Source: Candidatus Uhrbacteria bacterium
GTDB lineage: Bacteria > Patescibacteriota > Patescibacteriia > GWA2-47-26
Reading direction: 5' to 3'
Length of the DNA stretch: 64,000 bases
NCBI GenBank assembly: GCA_016187515.1
Contig: JACPJN010000009.1
Location: 132,891 to 196,890 of the forward strand
In this document: piece after piece, positions 36,688 to 45,535 of the stretch
How the letters are laid out: each line of letters starts with the position of its first letter
Position numbering within the stretch: the stretch's first letter is position 1
The notes under the pieces: model-generated
Database searches by the model: none
What the model was told of the DNA's origin: nothing
The model's input: only the letters and a program-made list of their open reading frames with translations
Translations under genes and position numbers: made by a program

Positions 36688-37818
36688 TTATAGCACACCC
36701 TTGTCCACAAGCGAAGTGTATAACTTTTCGGTCTCCGCCACCACTTTATCCCAGTCAAAATACCGCTTAATAAAGCCCAAGGCCAGCTTCCCTTTCTCCC
36801 GCACAATTTCCGGGTGATTGATTAGTCCGACAATCTTTTCGGCCAGATCGCTGACGTTCCCCACTGCAAATGGCACTCCGGAATGGTCAATGGCTTCCAG
36901 ATTCTCCGGGATATTGGAAATCAAGACGCATTTTCCGAAACTCATGGCTTCCAAAATCGTCAGTGATAATCCTTCGGACTCGGAAGGATGCACATAAAAA
37001 TAGGCGTGCGCGTAAAGCTGCTTCAGCTCGTCTCCGGTTTGATAACCGGTAAAAATAATCCGGTGATCTGCGGCTGCCAACTGTTTCAGGTACGCGCTGT
37101 AATCCGCGGTAAAAGAAGGCGCCCCCACAATAACCAGCTTCATCTCGCCCTTGACTTCCTCCGGAACTTGTCGGTAGGCCTCGATCAGATAGTGAATTCC
37201 TTTATGTTTAATCAGACGCGCCACGGTGACCAAATAACCATTTTTCTGCAGTCCCCATTGTTTAAGCGCCGCGCTGGATTCCATTTTGTGAATTTCTACC
37301 GCGTTGGGAATATAATGAACATTTTTTTTGTATGCTTGCCGGCAATATCTCACAATTGAATGTGAGACGCCAATCGTGGTATGCGGAATATGCGTGGCAC
37401 ACCACTCTCCGATGCGCAGCACGAACCGCGCCCAAAACCCCCACTTGGCATGAAACCGATCAATGGAATGAAACGTCACTACGATTTTAGCGCGCGTAAA
37501 AAGCCGAGGAATCCAGGATAAGAGCGCCGGGCCGACACCGTGGAAATGGATGATGTCGTACCTAGAGCGTAGAGCATAGAGCGTAGAGCATAGCGTAGAG
37601 GAAATCGTGCCTAAGTGTTTGGTTGGAATTTCCGGCACGCGCGTGAGTTTCACGCCATTCCACATATCATCTTTGGTGGCCACATATCTTTTACGCACAA
37701 ATACCGTAACCTCATGCCCGCGCTTCGCCAAGCGCGTAGATAATTCCTCCACATGCCGCTCCACTCCCCCGTCCCGATAGAAAGGTATGGCCTTCTGTCC
37801 AATGAATGCTATTTTCAT
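36688..37818 (-). CDS. Family 4 glycosyltransferase (GT4)
   Basis: C-terminal EGLSLTILEAMSFGKCVLISN resembles the GT4 E-x7-E region; N-terminal Rossmann-like fold. Confidence 0.8.
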   Translation of the reverse strand: MKIAFIGQKAIPFYRDGGVERHVEELSTRLAKRGHEVTVFVRKRYVATKDDMWNGVKLTRVPEIPTKHLGTISSTLCSTLYALRSRYDIIHFHGVGPALLSWIPRLFTRAKIVVTFHSIDRFHAKWGFWARFVLRIGEWCATHIPHTTIGVSHSIVRYCRQAYKKNVHYIPNAVEIHKMESSAALKQWGLQKNGYLVTVARLIKHKGIHYLIEAYRQVPEEVKGEMKLVIVGAPSFTADYSAYLKQLAAADHRIIFTGYQTGDELKQLYAHAYFYVHPSESEGLSLTILEAMSFGKCVLISNIPENLEAIDHSGVPFAVGNVSDLAEKIVGLINHPEIVREKGKLALGFIKRYFDWDKVVAETEKLYTSLVDKGVL

Positions 37819-37828
37819 AAAAACGCTA

Positions 37829-38569
37829 TCAAACTACTAACGATAACCTCGCCCGCTCGTCGCGTATGAGCGTCAAGACCTCTCGTTTCAGAACTTTTCG
37901 GACTAGCTGAAACTTCGCTGCGGGAAGGAGATAATTTAGGTCCTCCGAAAGTATCCGGTCGGTAATCTCTTGATCCACAAAGACATACAATTTCGCAAAA
38001 AAATCTTTTACCTTCATTCCGCTCCCCTCCCGGATCACCTCGGCGGAATAGTGGTACCCGCGCATAAAGAAAAAATGGACATCATACACGTCTCTTCCGG
38101 CAATGTTTCCGTGCGCCTCCGATCTTCCGATGAGCGCAAGAAGTTTATGCGCAAACATCGTCTCGATCGTCTGACACGTCAAAATACGATCAATCTCGGG
38201 CAGACGTTGCGGAGCGTAAGTATTCGCAGAAAGCAATGGAAATGCTGTGTCAATCTTTATAGCATTTCTTCCCTCCTCAATATACCGAAGAAAATATTGG
38301 ATGCCTTTTTTACTTGAATCCTTCACGGAAAGTCCAAGCGCCGTAAAGATGCGCTCAAGCGCGGTACGCGTTGCGACAATTTGTTTTTTGTCACCCGCAA
38401 AGTCAAAGTCAAGGTCAACGGAAAACCGATCAAGCCACCCGAGCATTGAGGCGCAAGTCCCTCCTTTAAAATAAAGCACATCTGGCAAAAACGGATCGTC
38501 CGCAATTTGCTCCAATACTCTATAAAGCCACGCTTTGTGCAGGGCGTCGTTTTTATTTGGTATGGTCAT
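37829..38569 (-). CDS. AbiEii/AbiGii-family nucleotidyltransferase toxin (type IV TA)
   Basis: YFKGGTCASMLGWLDRFSVDLDFDF matches the AbiEii signature. Confidence 0.7.
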   Translation of the reverse strand: MTIPNKNDALHKAWLYRVLEQIADDPFLPDVLYFKGGTCASMLGWLDRFSVDLDFDFAGDKKQIVATRTALERIFTALGLSVKDSSKKGIQYFLRYIEEGRNAIKIDTAFPLLSANTYAPQRLPEIDRILTCQTIETMFAHKLLALIGRSEAHGNIAGRDVYDVHFFFMRGYHYSAEVIREGSGMKVKDFFAKLYVFVDQEITDRILSEDLNYLLPAAKFQLVRKVLKREVLTLIRDERARLSLVV

Positions 38570-39176
38570 AACCTTTCATAATAGAGGACGGGTATCCAAT
38601 CGCGCGAACAATATCCCGCACGGCATCCCAATCAACTGCGGAAGGAACATCAAAGTGTTTTTTGGGATTAAAATAAAGCGTATCGGCAACCGCGCGCGGC
38701 AGATCGGCCATGCGAATTCCATCCCGAGTGTGCACTCCCGCGTCATTAAAAAGGAATTCGTCTGCCAACTTTCGTGAGCGATAGTCGTAACCGGCCAGAG
38801 CGAATCGCCGTGACACGCCGCTCACTATTGAAACAGAACGCGGCGGCTGACTAATAACCCCGGCCTCGAAAAGGACCGTCTCGCACGAAATATACGCCGA
38901 GCCATGCAATGCTTTTAGACCGATTAGATACGGATGAAGATCGGCCGGTTTTTTTATGGAATACAAACCCTTCTGAATCCTAAACAGCAGTCCCTGCGCT
39001 ACATACCGGGAAAGAGTCATATGCAGGGTGGAGGCCTTGCGGATATCCCATAGATTGGCAAGATCATTAACATGAAATACCTGCTCGCGAAGCGCCGCCA
39101 AACGCGAAAAACGCTCGCCGGACGACTCTCGGGAGCGAATAATGCGTTTATCGGCTTTTAGCATATTGCTGTTCAT
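38553..39176 (-). CDS. AbiEi-like antitoxin/transcriptional regulator
   Basis: Position and size relative to AbiEii; start trimmed to MNSNMLKADKRII. Confidence 0.5.
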   Translation of the reverse strand: MNSNMLKADKRIIRSRESSGERFSRLAALREQVFHVNDLANLWDIRKASTLHMTLSRYVAQGLLFRIQKGLYSIKKPADLHPYLIGLKALHGSAYISCETVLFEAGVISQPPRSVSIVSGVSRRFALAGYDYRSRKLADEFLFNDAGVHTRDGIRMADLPRAVADTLYFNPKKHFDVPSAVDWDAVRDIVRAIGYPSSIMKGYDHTK

Positions 39177-39352
39177 TAACCTATACTTATATGTATAGTA
39201 TAAATGAACTAAAAAATTTGTCAAAAGCCGTGGGCAAGGATTGGAAAATGCAACTAACCTCATCTTTCCGCTAGCTGCTTTTTATACAAAAAAACGCCCC
39301 CGGGACAAATCCCAAAGGGCTGAACAAGGAACAGCAGCGGAGAAGAATGGCA

Positions 39353-39964
39353 CTAGGTGCGGCACGGCACTCCGGGCTTGTTGCACTTGCATTCTGCGCG
39401 ACTATCGTAGCACCCGCCTGGCGGAAACGCCCCGGGTGGACAAGGCACGCTTACTCGCACACACCAGCCACATGGCGTTTCATTATCCGGACAGCAGATA
39501 TGGCAGGTACGCTGGAATCCGCAGTATTGAGTGCGGCAATTACCGCTCGGATCGGAAGGACCGCTGTGGTCTTCGTCAGCCGGATCCACGCACTCCCCTA
39601 CTGTTTCCTGCGTTGACCGACACATATTTGTCAACGGCGGGCAGGTACACGGCTTACGCTCTTCCTGCCATCCACCGCAGCATTCACCGCGGCGAGGCGC
39701 AGGACAGTACTCCCTGCAGACATACTTCACTTCTTCGCATCGCACGCAGCAGGGCGCGTCAGTCGGCCCCGGCCTATGCTCTACGCAGTGGCAGGGCTTG
39801 TTCGGCTTGGGAAGCGATCCTTGTGGCGCGTTTTCTTGAACGCCCTGGGCAAACACCAAGGTTTCCAGGGCAACGCGCTTGAGCAATCCGGTGGTGTAGC
39901 TGAACCAGAATGTGCCGATCACCAGTGGCACCAAAAACACGTACTTTCGTGATTGGCGGTTCAT
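39353..39964 (-). CDS. Secreted cysteine-rich protein (about 30 Cys), hypothetical
   Basis: N-terminal TM/signal, then dense Cys patterns (CHCVEH, CCVRCEE, CCGGW, CTCPP, CHICCPD). Confidence 0.5.
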   Translation of the reverse strand: MNRQSRKYVFLVPLVIGTFWFSYTTGLLKRVALETLVFAQGVQENAPQGSLPKPNKPCHCVEHRPGPTDAPCCVRCEEVKYVCREYCPAPRRGECCGGWQEERKPCTCPPLTNMCRSTQETVGECVDPADEDHSGPSDPSGNCRTQYCGFQRTCHICCPDNETPCGWCVRVSVPCPPGAFPPGGCYDSRAECKCNKPGVPCRT

Positions 39965-39973
39965 GATTATCTC

Positions 39974-40615
39974 CTACGGACGCTCGCGGGGTGGTTCAGG
40001 ACAAGGCCCGCAAGGATACGTGTCACATACAAAATAACACCCTTTGCTATCCTTACAACAACGCTCCGGTAGTTTTTCCGTGCATTGACGGCCTCGGCAC
40101 CTGGTATAACAACCGTTCGGTCCGTGGATGTTATGTGCGTCACAAAGCTGTGCTTCGCACCGCTGCTTAGTTTGGCAGTGGCTGACTTCTTCGGCGTCGG
40201 ATGCGTGTCGCGGATTCTCGCATGCACTCGGACATGAGCACTTCCGCTCATTGCACATGATCCAGCCAATGTCGGTCCGGCAGCATGTGGTGAACACAAA
40301 CTGACCGCAGCTATCACACCCGCTCCTGCATCGCTCACCTTTGAGCGCCTCACGGCACTTCTCACGCGTCGGGAAGCTCGGGCTGGCGCGAGCCGGCTCC
40401 GGCTCCTCGTCCGCCGCGATAGCATCGTTACTCACATGCGGAGTCGTGGCCTCGGCAGTGACCTGTGCCTGCCTTTCCTGCGCGTCTTGCGCGTAGGCCC
40501 ACGCCACCGCGCCACTGATGAGGATGACCGTCAGTATGACGCTCAACATGGACGTCCATGCCTTCTGGCTGAGAAGACCGCCGAAGTAGCGCTTTCGCGA
40601 ACGATTGATTGTCAT
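39974..40615 (-). CDS. Secreted cysteine-rich protein (paralog-like), hypothetical
   Basis: Signal anchor, then Cys-dense region (CRSGCDSCGQ, TTCCRTD, CSCPSACENP, CGPCPEPP). Confidence 0.5.
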   Translation of the reverse strand: MTINRSRKRYFGGLLSQKAWTSMLSVILTVILISGAVAWAYAQDAQERQAQVTAEATTPHVSNDAIAADEEPEPARASPSFPTREKCREALKGERCRSGCDSCGQFVFTTCCRTDIGWIMCNERKCSCPSACENPRHASDAEEVSHCQTKQRCEAQLCDAHNIHGPNGCYTRCRGRQCTEKLPERCCKDSKGCYFVCDTYPCGPCPEPPRERP

Positions 40616-40748
40616 GGTACTACCTCCTATTTAAACCATAACCCCTTATTTAATATATGTCAACCCTAATTTGTCCACAGAATTTTAAGCAAGAAAAGAC
40701 CGAGTGCGAGATACTTCAACACTCGGTATTCATGTGCCTCCATAATTG

Positions 40749-41921
40749 TTACCACTGCCAGGGAGAAATCTCAAACTGCAAACCAGTGGTAATCCGCAGA
40801 TCCTGTCCGGGGTTAACATGGACGATTTCCTGTTCAAGCCGCATCCACTCAAACCCTATCCAATTCCAGACCAACGTAACTTGCCCACTCACCGGAATGC
40901 GTAGACCAAACTTCCCATTGGCCTCCCGATGCAGACTTTCCGAAGAGAGCGGCAAAAACAAACGCAATTCTCCGAACGGCTGTACCACCCCGCCGAGTTT
41001 GGGCATTACCCCCTCAAGTAACACCATCCAAAATGAGGAATGCGCGTAAACTACCTCGGGCATTGCCGGTTTTTCCATCTGCGGTGACACGCGATTCATC
41101 ATTGTTTCCGCGTGATGAATGTGCCGCAGGCGCCAATCCGCGCCGCCGGGTCCGACATGCAGCCGCAGACGCCAACTATCCGGATCAAACATACTTTCCG
41201 GTATGCTCCCGGACGTGCGTTCCACAAGCCCGTCCAATTCCGCTTGCAGGTCTGCACACCGCTCGGCGCTTTGTTCATCCGACTTGGCCGCATCCCGAGC
41301 TTGCCTGCTAACGGCCTTAAGAGTATCCCGCAAAACCGGACATAACGGCGCAGTCCGTTGCGTTCGCGCGACAAGCACCAGCCCGACTCCTCCGCTTCCT
41401 CGAAGATGCGAAAGTATATCATTATGCACCCCTTCCTCAACATCCCCAAACACAATTCCGGATCGCTTTCCATCTCCATACAAACTCACTCCCAAAATCA
41501 AAACGCCCCAGGAAAACGCTCGGCCATACGCTGCTTGCGGAAGAATCGCGTCAGCGGCTCCTGTCCAATCCACCAGTACATCATCGTGTATTTCTTCCCC
41601 GTCATCTGCTGTGGATTGCTCCGGACTTCTCGCTTCTTCAGCATGCCATCGCAACATCAAGGCGGTCCGCACATTCGCGTACCATGCACCAAACCCGCCA
41701 GCCGGTTTTATCAAACCGTAGGTGGTCAATTGCAGTTCCACTCCACCGCTGACGGTAAAATGCGGCTGATCTTCATGAATTTCCGCCCCCATCTGAACAT
41801 CACGCAGATTCAATTGCGGCCTGAGATACCACGACCTGCCTTGCGCATAACCATTTGGCAAAGCCATGACTTGCGCAAGCACAACCACTACAGCATGCCG
41901 ATAGAAAACTGTGCAGATCAT
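40749..41921 (-). CDS. Putative outer-membrane beta-barrel protein
   Basis: Signal peptide, amphipathic alternating strands, C-terminal aromatic end FEISPWQW. Start codon overlaps the upstream gene (ATGA). Confidence 0.4.
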   Translation of the reverse strand: MICTVFYRHAVVVVLAQVMALPNGYAQGRSWYLRPQLNLRDVQMGAEIHEDQPHFTVSGGVELQLTTYGLIKPAGGFGAWYANVRTALMLRWHAEEARSPEQSTADDGEEIHDDVLVDWTGAADAILPQAAYGRAFSWGVLILGVSLYGDGKRSGIVFGDVEEGVHNDILSHLRGSGGVGLVLVARTQRTAPLCPVLRDTLKAVSRQARDAAKSDEQSAERCADLQAELDGLVERTSGSIPESMFDPDSWRLRLHVGPGGADWRLRHIHHAETMMNRVSPQMEKPAMPEVVYAHSSFWMVLLEGVMPKLGGVVQPFGELRLFLPLSSESLHREANGKFGLRIPVSGQVTLVWNWIGFEWMRLEQEIVHVNPGQDLRITTGLQFEISPWQW

Positions 41922-43507
41922 TGGGAATCTCCTTTATTGATTGGTGGTTTCTTCGATCCGCTATAAAGCGAAAATCCCAGATACCCTCCGCCTCCTTGTT
42001 CACCCATCAATGCGCCAAAATGCACATCCAGGTTAAGATCCCGCAACAGTAATGACAAGGGTTCAATAGCCACAGTCACACCGACCATATTCGGAATTGG
42101 AATTATGCCTGCCGTAGGCGGCACTATAGACCCACCGGAACGTTCACCCATCGGCTCATAACCCAACCACAGGTAGCGGGCCTCAAATCCAGCTCCCACA
42201 TTGCGCACGCCGCCGTTATTCCAAAAGCGTCCACGGATACCAAAGCCGCCACCGCCTGCCAAATCAGGCGGAGGGCTGCCAGCAAGATACCCGACAAGAC
42301 CAAAGCGTAACCGCAAGAGCAGGCATAGATCCATCGGCACTTCACCCTCGTAGGTGAGTACATATGGAATTGGCGTAAGCGAAGTTCCAACTACCCCACC
42401 GCCCCGCACCAATCTGCCCGCCGCAAATGACGGCACACCGCACCACCAGCATGGCGGCCAAAGGATCTGCACCGGGCCTTTACAGCATCCGGGCCAAAAC
42501 CAACTCTTGAGCCCACGCTCGCAGGTCAGGCACGTCCACCGCAACCAGGTTTCCCAGCATTTCACGCAGTCCTCTTCATTTTCTGATTCTTCTGGTGTTG
42601 GTGGCCTGGGACTGGGTGGCGCTGGGGGTTTAGGCAGTGGGGAGGGCAACTTAATCGCCACCCTAAGAGATACTACCACGTGCAAGGCCGCAAAACGCTC
42701 CTCATCACCTGATTTTTCCGCTCGCCCAAGCCGCTCATAGCGCGGAGGATTTCGTTTGATGGATGTGGCCTTCGCGTTAGGAAATACCTCGCTCCACAGC
42801 TTACCTACCTTGTCCTTCAAGTGGTCATACGCCCAGTTATCAGCAAAGAAGATCCGTAGCAGTCCCAGTTGAACATGCGGGATTTGCTCTTTAGCATATT
42901 CATCGCTTTGCGCGACCTTCTGATACTCTTCCTTTTGCCCATCCGTAAGCGCAGCCCGATCTTCTCGGGCCAACTGGAGGTCCGCCTGGCCGGTAGAGCG
43001 CGTATTAAAATCCTGCGCATCAGATTGGCCGCGTCCGGTTGCGGTGAACTCGGAATGAACGACAGCAGTGTACCCTTTCGGCAGCGCGTCATTCAGACAC
43101 GCGCGGAGCGTTTCTCCCCACTCTTCTATATCGTTGGCGGTGTCAACCACGCTATACGCAAATTTTTGGTATTCTGAATACTTTCGAAGACCGTCCGCAT
43201 CCCACGCATGACTGCCGGATATCCAACTTTCGAGTCCGGGTATCAGCGGCATCTCTTCAGGCAATCTGAATTGCCCAAGTTTGTATCCAGAGACCTTAAA
43301 TTCTTGCGTAATCTCGTAGCTCACAACTCCATTTTCACAGCGCACCACGCGATCGCTTGCGACCGCATTGAGTTGAACGATACAAGGCGCAAGCGCGTCG
43401 CACACATCAGTCGTCACGTCTTGCGCAGCGTTGGCGTACGCCGAACTGCTGACCATGGCCCAAAGGATGCACACCCCGGGCCAGGCGTTCGTAAGTGGCC
43501 TTTCCAT
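41918..43507 (-). CDS. Large secreted protein with Trp/Cys-rich module (CVKCWETWLRWTCLTCERGLKSWFWPGCCKG...CWWCG) and Gly-rich C-terminal region
   Basis: Signal peptide; first gene of the apparent 4-gene operon. Confidence 0.45.
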   Translation of the reverse strand: MERPLTNAWPGVCILWAMVSSSAYANAAQDVTTDVCDALAPCIVQLNAVASDRVVRCENGVVSYEITQEFKVSGYKLGQFRLPEEMPLIPGLESWISGSHAWDADGLRKYSEYQKFAYSVVDTANDIEEWGETLRACLNDALPKGYTAVVHSEFTATGRGQSDAQDFNTRSTGQADLQLAREDRAALTDGQKEEYQKVAQSDEYAKEQIPHVQLGLLRIFFADNWAYDHLKDKVGKLWSEVFPNAKATSIKRNPPRYERLGRAEKSGDEERFAALHVVVSLRVAIKLPSPLPKPPAPPSPRPPTPEESENEEDCVKCWETWLRWTCLTCERGLKSWFWPGCCKGPVQILWPPCWWCGVPSFAAGRLVRGGGVVGTSLTPIPYVLTYEGEVPMDLCLLLRLRFGLVGYLAGSPPPDLAGGGGFGIRGRFWNNGGVRNVGAGFEARYLWLGYEPMGERSGGSIVPPTAGIIPIPNMVGVTVAIEPLSLLLRDLNLDVHFGALMGEQGGGGYLGFSLYSGSKKPPINKGDSQ

Positions 43508-43584
43508 GGGTTGCTCCTTAATTTGTTGGCTGTTTTATTTCAAAGGACTATCTTTGTCTTAACATGACTATAAATATCTGTCAA

Positions 43585-43680
43585 TGACCGTAACCTCATG
43601 TCCGCGCCGCGCCAACCGCACCGACAACTCCTCAACATGCCTTTCCACTCCCCCATCTCTTTTCGGGTTTAAATCAAGTG
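43585..43680 (-). pseudogene. Truncated 5' fragment of a GT4 glycosyltransferase paralog (about 80% identical to 37700-37790)
   Basis: Encodes NPKRDGGVERHVEELSVRLARRGHEVTV versus FYRDGGVERHVEELSTRLAKRGHEVTV in the intact GT4 gene; no downstream gene body. Confidence 0.55.
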
Positions 43681-43717
43681 CGCTTTTGAGGTTTAATTAA
43701 CATGTGGAAAACATTGC

Positions 43718-43890
43718 CTTGACAAGTAATTACTTATATGATAAAGTGATAATACGCAAAGTAAGTCTTGCCGAACACCGACCCTATGGCGGGTCGTTCG
43801 ATGAAAATCGAACTAGGCAGTACCCCCTTTATGGGGGCGTTTGCGTTTTATAGGGCAGAAAGTATGCCCTGCTTTTTTAATTTACGCAGA
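43718..43890 (+). ncRNA. Candidate small RNA: sigma70-like promoter (TTGACA...TATGAT), three hairpins, intrinsic terminator GGGCAgaaagtaTGCCCTGCTTTTTT
   Basis: Hairpins cgaccctatggcgggtcg and ccccctttatggggg, then the terminator stem and U-tract at 43858-43887. No ORF. Confidence 0.4.
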
Positions 43891-44144
43891 ATATCTAGCG
43901 CCCATTGATTGCCATCATGTGCGTCACGCACAAGACCACAAAAAGTGCTCCATCTGTATCCTGTCCCGACTCGTCAACGTAGGCGTAGAGTTTTTGCATA
44001 GGTGTTCATTGTACCACGGATGCGGTGCTGTTATCTAGAAATCCAGAAACAAAAAACCCGCCCGCGGATTTTCCCGGGGCGGAAAGGACAAAAGGATGAT
44101 CTGATGTTTTTACGGCGCGGCGTTTCGCGGGACCGGATGCCTCC

Positions 44145-44390
44145 TTATAAGACAAAGGCCGCGATTCCCAATCCGATCCCGGCAACCGCGCATAGGCAGC
44201 CGCACACCGCGACGGACAAGCCCGTCCAAAACAGCCGATCGAATTGATCGGAGGTGTCGGGGCCTTCCGGGTCTCCCGAATCCTCAAACGCCATGACAAA
44301 ACACTCCATCCACGCAATGGCCGCGCCTCCTATGCCGAAAACTATCGCCAGAATTCCGACGAGGAAAAGAACCATAGCCCAGATGATCAT
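44145..44390 (-). CDS. Small two-TM membrane protein
   Basis: ORF with two hydrophobic helices. Confidence 0.35.
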   Translation of the reverse strand: MIIWAMVLFLVGILAIVFGIGGAAIAWMECFVMAFEDSGDPEGPDTSDQFDRLFWTGLSVAVCGCLCAVAGIGLGIAAFVL

Positions 44391-44555
44391 GATGGTTGCC
44401 CCCTGGCTTCAGTACACCTCTTTTTGAAACTGCTTGCCGCAACAGTCACACGTGTATAGAGCTCCTCGCACGTAATCCTCTCTTGGCTTCCGATCATGGT
44501 CTAACCTCCTGCTGTAAGTACACCACACTGCTTTTCCACTGTCAAGCGCGCAAAT

Positions 44556-45380
44556 CTACCGATTGATATAGGCCTGGTAATCCGCGGAGGATCGCCAACT
44601 CGCCGCGGGGATTGTCGGATGCACGGTTTTTCCGCCGAAGCGGACGGATTGCTTAATTTCATCCAAAGTATATCCGCCGTATGTATAGGCATTCACATAT
44701 CCGTACCACCACTGCTTTGAACTGACGGTTTTTTGATGAAATAAACGGTTGAATACTCCGGGCAAACGCTCGTCCAGCCCTTGGGCCAGATTTTTTGCCA
44801 ACGCTTGCTCGGTCGGCAGAGCGCGGACGCGAGCAAATCCGTAAGCAAAAGTTCCGGCGCTTAACTCTTCGCTTGCGCCGTTGACCGCCGGTGTTGACCT
44901 GGCTGGCGGACGAACTGGCGCGGCCGGAGCAACTGGAATAGCAGTTGTCACGGCAGGCGCCGGAGCTGACGCGGCGGCCGGGGGCGGAGCGGCGGAAACC
45001 GCCACGGCATACTCCTCCGAGAGCCGCGTATTCAAGGTGAGGTCGGAAACGCGCAGGCGATAGCGATAATCTTCCCCGGTACGCACCGAGCCGTCCTCAT
45101 AACGTTGTATCCCCTTGCCGATCCGTATCCGCACATCTCCCGTAACCGCGGTTCCGGTCCCGTCATTGCGAAGAATTTCAACAAAATAAAAGTCCGACTC
45201 GGGCGGATCAATCCAGGTCAGCTCGACCCGGACGCCATCGCTAACCAAGCGCACCTCCGTCGGTATGGCCGGCGCGCTGAAATCCCGCGCCGCGCCGGAA
45301 GACGGCTCTGGCCCGATAGTCGCCAGTCCCGGAAAGGGCAGCGCTATAGCCATGAAGATGATCCAGAAAAAATACCGCAT
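44556..45380 (-). CDS. Secreted protein with FN3-like N-domain, Pro/Ala-rich linker, conserved C-domain (WWYGYVNAYTYGGYTLDEIKQS)
   Basis: Signal peptide and domain layout. Confidence 0.45.
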   Translation of the reverse strand: MRYFFWIIFMAIALPFPGLATIGPEPSSGAARDFSAPAIPTEVRLVSDGVRVELTWIDPPESDFYFVEILRNDGTGTAVTGDVRIRIGKGIQRYEDGSVRTGEDYRYRLRVSDLTLNTRLSEEYAVAVSAAPPPAAASAPAPAVTTAIPVAPAAPVRPPARSTPAVNGASEELSAGTFAYGFARVRALPTEQALAKNLAQGLDERLPGVFNRLFHQKTVSSKQWWYGYVNAYTYGGYTLDEIKQSVRFGGKTVHPTIPAASWRSSADYQAYINR

Positions 45381-45535
45381 AATGATAACTTGAAACCGTT
45401 GAGCAATTGATTATTCGTGTTCATTCGTCAGGCCGCCTGGCCAGGGCAGCGCAGGAAACCGTCGATTCCGGCGGCCGTCTATTCGTGAATATTCGTGTGC
45501 ACCTGCGCAGGTGTTAATTCTTCAACAATCTCAAT

